The notes: generated by a model from the sequence alone, not told the origin. A stretch of DNA of 64,000 nt from a candidate division WWE3 bacterium (GCA_013335095.1 JAAXWF010000002.1:80516-144515), one strand, 5' to 3'; numbered from the stretch's first letter, positions 8,614-19,190 are shown. Translations and numbers: made by a program.

Positions 8614-11600
8614 TTAAGGACTTCCGGTTACTGGTGCAATCCTCAAAGTACCGCCATCGTTCATTACTGTTTTTACTTGGGTAGCAGTAAGGCCATAATT
8701 ATACAGACGGACATCATCAAAGATAGAGTCTGCATACGTAGTACCTTCTCGCCCGATATATAAATTCAGGGGGTTTGCGCTTAAAGTTTCACCCATGGTG
8801 GTCTGATTATCTCTCGCACCATTAATATAAAATGCATAATTTGTTCCTTGATGTACAAATGTTATGTGAGTCCATACGTTTTGAGGGATTGTCGATGTCG
8901 AGGCAAAGTAACCGGTACTCTCGTTATAAAATTCGACACGGTTATCGTTTAAGATATACAAAGAGTAATCCCATAACGTAGTTCCATTAGTCTTTAACAC
9001 AAGTGGTTCATAGCCAGAACCTGAACGCTTAATCCAAAATGCAATACTGAGATCTTTTGTAATATCCAATTTCGGATTATAGGGAACTTCAATATATTGT
9101 GATGAGGCACTACTAAAGGATAACCCATTATTTAGTTTTCCGTCAACAATTGCTGGCGAATTATAAATTGTACCGGTGAGACCATTATTTGATGAATCAT
9201 AAGCGGTAGATCCAGAAGCTTCATCAAGCTTCCAATGGGCAAATGGAGCTCCACGATTATAATCCCATGCAACTTGAGCAGATGTTCTAGCATAATCGTA
9301 TATCCGTATATTATCTAGTTTTGAGTTGCTATATTGAGATTGGTCATCATATCCTCCGAATTGAAGGATGCGGGAGCCTGCCCCAGCCGTTGTGTACGGG
9401 ACATTTGACGTAGTACCAGAAGCGACAAGCAGACCATTCCGATAAATTGACATGGTATCAGTAGCATTATTAAATGTGCAAGTTACGTATTGCCATTCAT
9501 TTAATGTCATTGAACTATCTGCGGCCAGCTCATAATAACCACCTGAATTATTGTAAAAAAATCCACAATCAAGACCTGATGATGATTTAAGCTCAAAATA
9601 ATAATTAGCGGTTCCGCCATCTGCGTATTTATTAATGAATGAATCATTACCTGAGGATGGCAATCTTCGGGGGTATATCCATGAAGACAGTGTAAAACTC
9701 GTTAATCGTAAACTTGTAGAATCTGAAATAGTAACTTGGTCATTAGTTCCGTCAAAATCGAGCGATTTACCTAATTTACCAGTAACCCAATCCGCCGCAT
9801 CCATCGTAGAATCAATAGTTCCGTTAAAATCATTTCCAGACGTATCAACAACAGTCGTCGTCGGATCCATATCAAATTGCCATTCTCCAACAGGTGGGTT
9901 ACACGTACTGGTATCTCCTGGAACACAATATTCCCGAGACGAGCTTCTTGATGCTGTTGTGCCATCAGACTCAGTAGACAATGATCCCAATACAATTGCC
10001 TTACCTGTATTATATTCAGTCAGTACGTCGCTGTCCGATAAAGCCGCATTGTATATTTTTATTTCATCTAGTTTCCCAGGGTAATAATACTCATATGGGG
10101 TCCCATTATTTGATCGACCAATGTTTAGATTTGAGCTATTAGATATAGATAGGGTCGAAGATGTTAACGCATTAGCTAGTTTACCGTCTTCATATGTTTT
10201 CAATATCGAACCATTACGTTCAAATACAATATGATGCCAGCTTCCATCTGCAATATCTGATCGACCATATAGAAAGTATTCGGTACCGTTTACATAAACA
10301 GAACTGTACCAACGACTGTCATCCGTACTATCATGTAAACCAATTTCATATCCATACCTGGGTGCCGATGATACTTTGCTAATCATTATAAAGTAATTAT
10401 TGAAAACAGAAGCTTGAGTAGAATTTACCCACAAGCTGATTGAAAAATCAGCATTATCACCGAAATCAATACTATTATTATCCGTTACAGTTACGACATC
10501 AGAGCCATCAAAGGATACCGATTTACCTATTTTCCCATCGTTACTCCAAGCGGGTTTTTCTGAAGAGGTACCAAAATTAGCATCGAGCGAACTTCCTTGA
10601 ACTGTATTATTATGCGCAACAGATCCATATCCTTCATCCAGCTTCCAATAACCCACCGGTCCCGATACCGGAGTTCCAACTAGCGGGTGGTTCGCATTCA
10701 TATCTTGAATTATTTGGGATGGGGTACGGGCATAGTTGTATATTTTTAAATCATCCAGAGTACCATCTAGAGAACTGTTAGCACCAGCGCCACCCATTTG
10801 AACGGTGCCAGTCGAGTTCAATAGTGATCCAGTCGCATCACTAATAGCACCAGGGAGAAGATTTCCATTAAGATAAATTGACATATTAGTACCGCTCTTT
10901 ATCGCTGCGATGTGATACCACTGATTAGCGACAAGAGCAGATCCAGCGCCTGGAAAGACAAAGAACTCTGAACTTGAATTTGACCATGAAAAAACCGGTT
11001 GATTATCTGTTCCATTAATATAGAGTCGATATGACTGCCAAGGAGATGCACTATGTGACTTCCAGAACATTGTTGCCGCCTCTCCGGATTTATTAGTTGG
11101 CAAAACATCGAGCTTTATCCACCCCATTAACGAAATATCTGATGAAGGTTCCAATATACTATTATCTGTAGCTTCTATGTAGTCATTACTGCCATCGAAA
11201 TCAAGACCCTTACCATATTTCGCAGTTTTCCATAACGCTTGGGTGATCGTCGCACTAGTACTATTGCCACTGGTATCATTGGCTATAGCCCCTGATCCCT
11301 CGTCCATTTTCCAATATCCAACGGGTCCAGGTGCAAAGGCATTGAGCTTACTTACCTCACTCGCGGTTAAGGCACGATTATATACTCTAACTTCATCCAG
11401 ACTGCCATTAAAGTCCATAGCACTATCGCCATTACCATGATGACCAATCCATGTATTTGTTCCTAATCCTGAACACGAAATTGTTGTAGTAATTGATTCA
11501 TTAGCAACCTGCATGCCATCGATATAAAGACTGTGATAACTAGCGGATTTCACAACATACGCATAATGATGCCAACCAAAGCCAGCTACAAACAAACCTG

Positions 11601-14085
11601 TATTCACACCACTCCAATCGCTTCCATCATAATTGAAGCCAGTTACTCCGGCAGAAGAAAATGGATCATCTAACCGTAATCCGACGCAGTCGCCTAATGA
11701 AATTAATTCGGAACCATTACTATCAGCACTGGTTAAGTTTGCCCACCCTGATAATGTCACCTCGGAAAGATTGCCCATAAGCCCACTAATCATAATGCTG
11801 TCATCTGTACCATCAAAAGATGTACCATTTCCAAATTTTCCTGATGTATAGGTAGAATTACCATTCCAAGCACCATCACGCCCATTACCTGATCGATCGC
11901 ATGAATCATTAGCGCCGCCAGAACAGGTATTCGCCGCGGCTTCATCCATTGGCCAATAACCAATTAGTCCATCTGAAATAGATTCATTACTCGAAGAACC
12001 TAAACTAACACTAATAGTTTCACCAGAACTACTTAATGTAGAGAGTCCAGCAACTTCGCGTGATGTTTTTTCTTTTTTATATACCTTAAATTCATCTAAA
12101 TATCCGTGATAATTTGCTGATGATGATCCTCCTAATAATAAATCGTTTGAATCACTCGCTGGAGATCCGACACCGTTTGTGCTCGTAGCAGCCAGGCGCC
12201 CATCTACATATACTGATATCTCATCATCTGCGTCATCAGAATATGTAACAGCAATGTGCTGCCACCGATTAAGACGCAATATATCTGGAACCGAAACACT
12301 TGCATCAGTAGTTGCAAGATCGAGTGATACTTCTAAATCCATTAATCCATCAGACCCTTCATTCGTTGTACGAATATATGTATTCGTGCCTTTTTGAATT
12401 ATTTGGCCAACATTATTTTCGCCATCAGACAACGTCTTTACCCAAGTGGAAAGGGTAAATCCGCTTGATAACATTTTATCGAGGTCGATAGAATCATTAT
12501 TTGTTAACGTCGAAACATTGCTTGAACCATCAAATAAGATACATGAATTTGCAATACACAGATCCTCACTTTTCCAGCTTGGGCCAGTAATTGAATACGT
12601 AACACGGACTTCAAGTAGATCAATACCCACTCCTGATGCAGGCGGATCAAATAAGTAATTATTTACCCAATAGTTATTAAAAGGCTCATTTGCCTTAACA
12701 GTGTAAACATCAAAATCACCTTGTTCTACGTTAATCGAAAGAACTGGTACCTCTGATATCTGCCTGTCTATTTCGTGTAATACGATGTCACCGACCTCTA
12801 AGGTATCGACACGAATCCATTCAAATGCGCTTTGTCCGCTTTTCTTCGCATAAATAAGCTCATCATTTGTAGCTTTCACATCATCGTTAATCGTATAGAT
12901 TTCTTTTTTAGGAGACGTAATGATCGATCTTAGGGTATTAACTTTAAATTCATGCGTATCTGTATTTAAACTCAAGATTTGATCGCCTGGGGAAAATGAT
13001 TCTATTGGACGATAAACACCGTTACCATCAAGCAATAAACTCCCAGTAGGAAATGAGAATGTGTCGATCTGTGCATTCACTCGTACACGAAAATTAGTAT
13101 TATCTAGCTCAGAAGCGACCCATGTTCTACCCCACGTATCACTAGTACTACCAGCCGTAAATGTAGCATCAGTACTCGATAAGGGTCCTACACTTGTATA
13201 TGATGAAGCATACGTGGTCCCGCCATTATGCGAAAGACGAACACCTATACCATCGCCGGCAAACGTATCACATCCGGTACAACTAGATGCCTCCATTCTT
13301 ACTTCAATACCTAATATGGTTGCGGAAGATGGAATACTGAAGCCAAACGAATAATAATCTTGCATATCTAGGTTTGTTGCTTCGTATGCATATGCATTAT
13401 TGCTCGTATAAGCATTAGCCGGAGTAGTCCAAGAATTATAGTCTTCACCTGAATGTGTTGGTGCAACAAATCCTGTATCTGCCGTTGATGTCAACGGTGC
13501 GCTGTTTGAATTATTACTAAGGTCATGCGCGGTACTTCCATAGCCTTCATCAAATGATAAATAGGTAACCGGTGCTGTACCAATTTCTTCTGTATTCAAT
13601 GAAGCTGAACCACCACTCGGAGTTAACGAAGTTACATTAGTCACCGAACTATCACTTTTTGTTGAGACGCTTCTATTTCCATAGTACATATATGCATTGT
13701 TTACACCATTAATAATTTCTGAATATGCGACATAATAAGTTGTCGTAGAAGTATTACATCCGGAAACAAGCTGATAGCGATATCTTTTTCCTTCACTATT
13801 TGTAAATCGTGTATCATCGCAATCTGATTGCATTTTTCCCGAAGATATTAATGTTGAGGTATTAACTGTTATGGTAATTCTTCGTTCAGATAGTGAAGCA
13901 TTATGAGTGAAAGTGATCGATTGTCGATAACTAAAGGTATCATCGTACCAGGCATATGCTCCTTTTGGCTGGTTGAAAAATACTAAATAAGACAGACCGA
14001 TGGTAATAAGTATTCCGATAATTAGTCGAATACGTTTATGTAAAGTTTCACCAATCATCAGCGTTTTAAAATTAATAGTATTCAT
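8614..14085 (-). CDS. giant surface protein paralog 1 (1823 aa): signal-anchor, DUF2341-like N-domain, embedded Hint/BIL-like module, multiple LamG/ConA-like jelly-roll repeats
   Basis: TM helix (LIIGILITIGLSYLVFF). The N-domain 'AWYDDTFSYRQSI…DDTRFTNSEGK…MYYGN' aligns with the N-domains of paralogs 2, 4 and 5. Repeated LamG-type linker motifs are 'GYWPMDEAAANTCSGGANDSCDRSGNG', 'GYWKLDEGYGS', 'REYCVPGDTSTCNP' and 'IYNYARTPSQIIQDMNANHPLVGTPV'. Confidence 0.8.
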   Translation of the reverse strand: MNTINFKTLMIGETLHKRIRLIIGILITIGLSYLVFFNQPKGAYAWYDDTFSYRQSITFTHNASLSERRITITVNTSTLISSGKMQSDCDDTRFTNSEGKRYRYQLVSGCNTSTTTYYVAYSEIINGVNNAYMYYGNRSVSTKSDSSVTNVTSLTPSGGSASLNTEEIGTAPVTYLSFDEGYGSTAHDLSNNSNSAPLTSTADTGFVAPTHSGEDYNSWTTPANAYTSNNAYAYEATNLDMQDYYSFGFSIPSSATILGIEVRMEASSCTGCDTFAGDGIGVRLSHNGGTTYASSYTSVGPLSSTDATFTAGSTSDTWGRTWVASELDNTNFRVRVNAQIDTFSFPTGSLLLDGNGVYRPIESFSPGDQILSLNTDTHEFKVNTLRSIITSPKKEIYTINDDVKATNDELIYAKKSGQSAFEWIRVDTLEVGDIVLHEIDRQISEVPVLSINVEQGDFDVYTVKANEPFNNYWVNNYLFDPPASGVGIDLLEVRVTYSITGPSWKSEDLCIANSCILFDGSSNVSTLTNNDSIDLDKMLSSGFTLSTWVKTLSDGENNVGQIIQKGTNTYIRTTNEGSDGLMDLEVSLDLATTDASVSVPDILRLNRWQHIAVTYSDDADDEISVYVDGRLAATSTNGVGSPASDSNDLLLGGSSSANYHGYLDEFKVYKKEKTSREVAGLSTLSSSGETISVSLGSSSNESISDGLIGYWPMDEAAANTCSGGANDSCDRSGNGRDGAWNGNSTYTSGKFGNGTSFDGTDDSIMISGLMGNLSEVTLSGWANLTSADSNGSELISLGDCVGLRLDDPFSSAGVTGFNYDGSDWSGVNTGLFVAGFGWHHYAYVVKSASYHSLYIDGMQVANESITTTISCSGLGTNTWIGHHGNGDSAMDFNGSLDEVRVYNRALTASEVSKLNAFAPGPVGYWKMDEGSGAIANDTSGNSTSATITQALWKTAKYGKGLDFDGSNDYIEATDNSILEPSSDISLMGWIKLDVLPTNKSGEAATMFWKSHSASPWQSYRLYINGTDNQPVFSWSNSSSEFFVFPGAGSALVANQWYHIAAIKSGTNMSIYLNGNLLPGAISDATGSLLNSTGTVQMGGAGANSSLDGTLDDLKIYNYARTPSQIIQDMNANHPLVGTPVSGPVGYWKLDEGYGSVAHNNTVQGSSLDANFGTSSEKPAWSNDGKIGKSVSFDGSDVVTVTDNNSIDFGDNADFSISLWVNSTQASVFNNYFIMISKVSSAPRYGYEIGLHDSTDDSRWYSSVYVNGTEYFLYGRSDIADGSWHHIVFERNGSILKTYEDGKLANALTSSTLSISNSSNLNIGRSNNGTPYEYYYPGKLDEIKIYNAALSDSDVLTEYNTGKAIVLGSLSTESDGTTASRSSSREYCVPGDTSTCNPPVGEWQFDMDPTTTVVDTSGNDFNGTIDSTMDAADWVTGKLGKSLDFDGTNDQVTISDSTSLRLTSFTLSSWIYPRRLPSSGNDSFINKYADGGTANYYFELKSSSGLDCGFFYNNSGGYYELAADSSMTLNEWQYVTCTFNNATDTMSIYRNGLLVASGTTSNVPYTTAGAGSRILQFGGYDDQSQYSNSKLDNIRIYDYARTSAQVAWDYNRGAPFAHWKLDEASGSTAYDSSNNGLTGTIYNSPAIVDGKLNNGLSFSSASSQYIEVPYNPKLDITKDLSIAFWIKRSGSGYEPLVLKTNGTTLWDYSLYILNDNRVEFYNESTGYFASTSTIPQNVWTHITFVHQGTNYAFYINGARDNQTTMGETLSANPLNLYIGREGTTYADSIFDDVRLYNYGLTATQVKTVMNDGGTLRIAPVTGSP
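12646..13041 (-). other. Hint (Hedgehog/intein) -like / bacterial intein-like (BIL) module, aa ~349-480 of paralog 1
   Basis: 'SLLLDGNGVYRPIESFSPGDQILS…' matches intein block A (C/S-L-x-x-D/E-T-x-V…I-E-x-L-x-x-G-D-x-V-L), with Ser in place of Cys1. Downstream it continues through 'EIYTINDDVKATNDELIYA' (a block-B-like T-x-x-[H->E]), 'WIRVDTLEVGDIVL' and 'FDVYTVKANEPFNNYWVNNYLF' (a block F/G-like VY…NF…VNN terminus, cf. intein VHN). This is a manual alignment to the Ssp DnaE mini-intein. Catalytic positions are degenerate. Confidence 0.5.
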
Positions 14086-14102
14086 TTAATATCACCGTCA
14101 AC

Positions 14103-17100
14103 TTATTGTACAAATTCAATAGCTGAATTGTTATTCATTAACGTTTTAATTTGTGTACGATTAAGCGCGTAAGTGTAAAATCGGACATCGTCAATAACCC
14201 CATTGAATAGATACCAACAATCAGTTGACATACATCCTGCGATCATAGGCTGAAAATCGTAGTTAAAATTAGAATTATAGGTGGTGGTACTTTCCATATT
14301 CCCATCTACATAGACGCTTAATGCATTTGCTCTATTATCCCAACTGCCCAACACGTGGTACCATCTGGTACCTCCGGACCTTAAGTCGGTAGTACCTGTA
14401 ACTGTAGCAGTTCCGTCGTTAACAGAAAGAATAAGCTTTCCTGCATTATCTATCACCAGGTTAAATACATCTTGTCCTCCAGCTGTTCTTGAAATAATAG
14501 GGTAGGGCCCACCAGAAGATGAATTCACCTTTATCCATGCAGCTATACTCCAGGACTCGTTTGTAACACTACCACCATAGGGCATACCAAAAGCGTCATA
14601 ATCTGCCAGATAAGCATATTGATCAGTACTCCCATCAAATGTTAATGCGCCGTTATATTTACCTGATGTGGTGCGAGTTGGGGAACCGACAAGATTACCA
14701 TGTGTATTATTGCCCGAAGAGTCATACACTGTGGTACCCGAAGTTTCATCAAAGGTCCAATGCCCAGCAGCGCCGCCCCGATCGTAGTTCCAAGCCACTT
14801 GAGCGGATGACATGGCAAAATCAAAAATCTGGACACGATCAATGTTACCAATAAACTCGGTAGTAGAATTATAACGCCCAATACTAACACTTGAGTTAAT
14901 GTAACTTATTGAATCCATAGTCGCAGACGAATTCATTAAATCCCCATCGATATAAATCGACTGTATGTTATTTGTATCGTCAATTACGTACGCAACATAG
15001 TGCCAGGTACTATCATTAAGATCGATATTTGAATCGATCTGATCATATTGACCAGCACCATAGTGAAAATACCCGCTCATACCAGTAGTCCCTCCATCTT
15101 CAAACAATCCGTAACTATCACCGCGATAGCTAATAATATTTACACCGTTTGAATCTTCACCAGTTTGGCGTACCCATGCAGTAACAGTTACGTTTGAATT
15201 ATTAGTTGTATTTGCCGTTCCAGATAAATAGTCACCAGTACCATCGAAACGGAGACTTGAACCGAGTTTACCACGCGACCATACAGGATTACCGTTTATA
15301 GTTAAAGAAGAGTTCCCCGTTGAATCAGATACGGTAGACCCAGTATTTTCATCAAACTGCCATTCCTGAAATACAGGATTACACGTTCCAGTATCTCCCG
15401 GAACACAATATTCACGAGAAGAACTTCGTGAAGCCGTTATACCATCAGATTCAGTTGAGAGGGCGCCCATAACTACGGCTTTGCCTGTATTGTATTCAGT
15501 TTGAATATCTGATAGGTACATTACTGCTCGGTAGATCTTTAATTCATCTATATCACCAGTAAATTCACCGAGATTATTAACGGCATCATTGTCGGCGACG
15601 ATCAATGCGCCGTCATTTGCAAGTGAGCCGTTTTCTGAAAGTGAGTTATCTTGTGCAATCAAACGCCCGTCAACATATAAGCTAATTGAGGATGTATTTT
15701 GTTTAACAAATGTATAATAATGCCACAATCCGTCATACATATCTGCAGTAGTTGAAATACTTTCAACAGAAACATCAGTATCATCATTAATTGCAAAGCG
15801 TACGGCGCCTGTATTTTCAAAACTCATAGCATAACCAAGATTAGATGTAGAAGTATCTACTTTATTAAGTATTATTTCTCGCGTTGCAGGATTTGATGAA
15901 CCATCTGATTTCGCCCATAACGAAATCGCAAAATCATCAGATGCAACAAAATCATAATCACTATCATCAGCCCGAGAGAGCCAACGGGCACCATTCCCAT
16001 CCCATGCTTTATTAAATTTTCCACTATTTGTCCACGCAGCGGCACTTAAAGTTAAGTCATTATCATTCGGAGTACTATCTTGAGCAGTAGTTCCATATCC
16101 TTCATCAAATTTCCAATACCCCACAGATCCCGATACCGGAGTTCCAACAAGCGGATGATTCGCATTCATATCTTGAATAATCTGCGTAGCTGTACGAGGA
16201 TAGTTGTACAATCTGACATCATCGACCGATCCTTCATATGAAAAAACCGAAGGGTCAGTGAACGATTCACCCGAACCAATCAAAAATGGATTAGCAGTAT
16301 TTGCGAAACTACCACTCAAAGTATCGGTATCAACAAGTACACCATTAACATAAAACTTGACTGTCGATCCATTCCACGTGCCTGCAAGATGGTACCACTG
16401 ATTGTAAGACATACTTGGACCCGTAAGGTAGGCCTCTGTACCCGTACTATTTGTTAGTGAAAAATCCCAGATGTCAAAACCATTAGGTTTACTGATATAA
16501 AAATGATGAACATTACTGTTCCCACTACCACGGCTCACAACTGTTCCACCGTTATTGTACTGACTGCCGGTATATCTGGCCCATGCTTCGATAGTAATCT
16601 GATTGGTTAAATCAAATATCGAATTATCGGCAGCTGAAATGTAATCACCGGTCCCATCAAAATACGTACCCCCACCAAATTTACCAGCCGACCATTTAGC
16701 CTGATTATATAAGGTACCCGGTAGCCCCGAAGTACTCACATCATATGCCGTCGATCCGGTATGTTCATCAAGTTTCCAATATCCGATAGGACCAGGTGCA
16801 AAGGCATACAGCTTACGAACTTCACTCGCTGTTAATGCTCGATTATAAAATCGGATATCATCAAGTCGGCCATTTAGAGTGATATCAGTACCTGAATTAC
16901 GGTTACCAATCTTTGCTGATTCGCCCCCGAAAGTAGGTGTTTGAGTTTGGGCGGCCTCCGCTTCAAGGACGCCATTAACATAAACCCGGACATTTTGTCC
17001 ATCCACGGTACCGGTGACATGATACCAAGCGTTGGTATTTATAGTTGTAGTACCTGTTACTTCCTGTAGTCCATCACGAAGGCTCAATCTAAGCTTATAC

Positions 17101-19130
17101 CCACCACTATCAACAACCTCCAATGAATAACCGATATTGCCAGTCATTCCTTTTGAGAAGACAGGACAGTTTGAAAACTGACAGGTTCCAGCACGATATA
17201 TCCATCCACTAATCGTAAACGTAGAAATTTCATAACCACTCTGATCTCCCAGATCAATCACATCAGCGTTGGGTCCAGCGCCTCCATCAAAACTAGCAGC
17301 ACTTCCATACATACCAGTAGCCCACGTAGCGCCGTTTGCAAGTGTACCAGTAACACCGTTTCCACTTCGATCAGTCGTACTTGTTCCGGTATTTTCATCC
17401 ATTGGCCAATACCCAACAAGCCCATCAGATAAATTAACCTGGCTATTACTTCCAAGTGATACCGCGGCCATGTTGCCATCACGAGAGTTGTATAACGATT
17501 GGATTTGAGATTGACTCAGTTGCGTTGAATAGAGCTGGAATTCATCCATAAACATCTGGCCGTAATTGGTCGAGATTTGTCCGAGCTTTAATGCCGATGC
17601 CGAGATGCCTGTCCCGGTAGTCACCACTACAAACTGCCACCGATTGGCCGCAAGAGTAGAGGAGATCCGACCATTTACATAAATAGTCGGCGAGGTAAAT
17701 CCTGTAGCCGAGATTGTCCCAGAACTTGTTTGGATATATGCGGAACCATTTAGATCAATAAACTGCTCTGATGTGGTGAGCGGTTTGACCCAAAACGCGA
17801 CCGATTTGACACCACTGGTTACCCCTGCTGTAGTAATGACATCGTTACTCCCATCAAAATACAAACATTTATTCATCACACACAGATCTTCGGTGCGCCA
17901 GATTGCTCCACTAATCACGCCGCTATAGTTATTCGTACCAGCACTATTTAATGTCGTCCCATATCCTTCATCCATCCGATATAGAACGTCTGGGATTACC
18001 TGACTGCTTCCTTGAGCTGCACTTACACTCCTGAAGAAGGTAGAAGGACTGTTCTGATTAGCATACTCTGTGGCAATCCAATCGGCAGTTAGGACCGAAG
18101 TATTTAATCGGATTTCATCTAACTTCCCAGTAAAAAAGTTCGATGCAGAACCCCAGTTATACGCAGCAAGATATAACGTTCCAGTACTTCTACTAAAGGT
18201 TGTTTCCCAGGAAGAATCTGTTGAAGATAATGCGCCATCGATATAAACATAAATCACATTACTATTCCAGACGAATGTAGCCTCATGCCAAGTGTTGTTT
18301 GTAAAGGAATTATCACCACTCGAATAATCACCTGCCCCAGCATTATAAGCTTGCAATCCACCTGTTTGCCCTAGATATAATAGAGGATTATTACCCTCAA
18401 ACCCTAAAAAACCTGTATATGATTGCAGAGTCGACTCATTAAACCAAAATGACACGGACCCAGTCTCACCAAGAAACGTGGTGCTGGCTGGAAAATTAGA
18501 GATACTAACGGTATCATCAACTCCATCAAAATCAAGAGAATAGCCGATTTTTCCGGATACTCGATCAGCGGTATTCATTGAACCAGCGGCATCAGCATGA
18601 TAAGCATTGGACGTAGAATCACACACCTCTCGAGTTGTATTACAAGTGGTGGATGGATCTTCCTTCAGATGCCAGATGGCTTTATAGTTAGAATTCCATG
18701 TTGCAGTCACATTTTGCTGAGTTGATGCAGCAGAGTTTCCATAATACATAAAAATAGTCGTGTCATCGTTGTAATCGAGCGTAGGGATTCGAACCCATGC
18801 GATTAATTCTCCGGTCGAAGAATCATACTTTTCTATTTCATGGTCAAGTTTTGTCGAACCATCACTTGAAGTAAACAAAATATCATCGGCATCCGTTTGT
18901 GCATACGCTCGTAAGTCATCGTCAAGGCGCGAAACTAGCACCGGAAAATTTGTTAGATCCGAACTACCAGATACTTTGCTTTCATCAATAACTAACTTTT
19001 TTCGAAACGACCATGATGAGTTGTACCAAGCAGCGTCAGCATTTTTAGGATGTAAAAGGAAATATGAACCAAGAATAAAAAGGAAAACAGTTAAAAATGT
19101 TACGATAACTCTAGACAGTTTTTTATGCAT
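14103..19130 (-). CDS. giant surface protein paralog 2 (1675 aa): signal-anchor, DUF2341-like N-domain, LamG/ConA-like repeats
   Basis: TM (VIVTFLTVFLFILGSYFLL). 'AAWYNSSWSFRKKLVIDESKVSGSSDLTNFPVLV…MYYGN' is near-identical to paralogs 4 and 5. Shared motifs are 'GYWPMDENTG', 'GYWKLDEHTGSTAYD', 'REYCVPGDTGTCNP' and 'LYNYPRTATQIIQDMNANHPLVGTPV'. Confidence 0.8.
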   Translation of the reverse strand: MHKKLSRVIVTFLTVFLFILGSYFLLHPKNADAAWYNSSWSFRKKLVIDESKVSGSSDLTNFPVLVSRLDDDLRAYAQTDADDILFTSSDGSTKLDHEIEKYDSSTGELIAWVRIPTLDYNDDTTIFMYYGNSAASTQQNVTATWNSNYKAIWHLKEDPSTTCNTTREVCDSTSNAYHADAAGSMNTADRVSGKIGYSLDFDGVDDTVSISNFPASTTFLGETGSVSFWFNESTLQSYTGFLGFEGNNPLLYLGQTGGLQAYNAGAGDYSSGDNSFTNNTWHEATFVWNSNVIYVYIDGALSSTDSSWETTFSRSTGTLYLAAYNWGSASNFFTGKLDEIRLNTSVLTADWIATEYANQNSPSTFFRSVSAAQGSSQVIPDVLYRMDEGYGTTLNSAGTNNYSGVISGAIWRTEDLCVMNKCLYFDGSNDVITTAGVTSGVKSVAFWVKPLTTSEQFIDLNGSAYIQTSSGTISATGFTSPTIYVNGRISSTLAANRWQFVVVTTGTGISASALKLGQISTNYGQMFMDEFQLYSTQLSQSQIQSLYNSRDGNMAAVSLGSNSQVNLSDGLVGYWPMDENTGTSTTDRSGNGVTGTLANGATWATGMYGSAASFDGGAGPNADVIDLGDQSGYEISTFTISGWIYRAGTCQFSNCPVFSKGMTGNIGYSLEVVDSGGYKLRLSLRDGLQEVTGTTTINTNAWYHVTGTVDGQNVRVYVNGVLEAEAAQTQTPTFGGESAKIGNRNSGTDITLNGRLDDIRFYNRALTASEVRKLYAFAPGPIGYWKLDEHTGSTAYDVSTSGLPGTLYNQAKWSAGKFGGGTYFDGTGDYISAADNSIFDLTNQITIEAWARYTGSQYNNGGTVVSRGSGNSNVHHFYISKPNGFDIWDFSLTNSTGTEAYLTGPSMSYNQWYHLAGTWNGSTVKFYVNGVLVDTDTLSGSFANTANPFLIGSGESFTDPSVFSYEGSVDDVRLYNYPRTATQIIQDMNANHPLVGTPVSGSVGYWKFDEGYGTTAQDSTPNDNDLTLSAAAWTNSGKFNKAWDGNGARWLSRADDSDYDFVASDDFAISLWAKSDGSSNPATREIILNKVDTSTSNLGYAMSFENTGAVRFAINDDTDVSVESISTTADMYDGLWHYYTFVKQNTSSISLYVDGRLIAQDNSLSENGSLANDGALIVADNDAVNNLGEFTGDIDELKIYRAVMYLSDIQTEYNTGKAVVMGALSTESDGITASRSSSREYCVPGDTGTCNPVFQEWQFDENTGSTVSDSTGNSSLTINGNPVWSRGKLGSSLRFDGTGDYLSGTANTTNNSNVTVTAWVRQTGEDSNGVNIISYRGDSYGLFEDGGTTGMSGYFHYGAGQYDQIDSNIDLNDSTWHYVAYVIDDTNNIQSIYIDGDLMNSSATMDSISYINSSVSIGRYNSTTEFIGNIDRVQIFDFAMSSAQVAWNYDRGGAAGHWTFDETSGTTVYDSSGNNTHGNLVGSPTRTTSGKYNGALTFDGSTDQYAYLADYDAFGMPYGGSVTNESWSIAAWIKVNSSSGGPYPIISRTAGGQDVFNLVIDNAGKLILSVNDGTATVTGTTDLRSGGTRWYHVLGSWDNRANALSVYVDGNMESTTTYNSNFNYDFQPMIAGCMSTDCWYLFNGVIDDVRFYTYALNRTQIKTLMNNNSAIEFVQ

Positions 19131-19190
19131 AATTACCCTTTATCTATTATAGATTATTTTCTGGAAATGGATGCTAAATTACACCGGTAA

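Noticed and set aside
9635-10084. Numerous 60-150-aa ORFs on the + strand inside the giant - strand genes (e.g. 9635..10084, 11243..11440, 13061..13354, 20278..20586, 22759..23208, 26960..27280, 32172..32441, 33459..33716)
   Set aside because: They lie antisense within long, repeat-rich coding regions whose sense frames carry clear domain motifs. They have no SD or promoter context, and several share the same 'TATGGLHV…SPGTQYSR' peptide, a frame-shadow of the conserved GYWK/NTCTGG-encoding DNA. Classic shadow ORFs.
12646-13041. Possibility that the Hint module is a true protein-splicing intein
   Set aside because: Residue 1 is Ser (acceptable), but there is no Cys/Ser/Thr at +1 after the terminal Asn (it is followed by Tyr or Asn-Tyr). 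The block-B His is replaced and no homing-endonuclease insert is present. This is better explained as a non-splicing BIL/Hint autoprocessing module.
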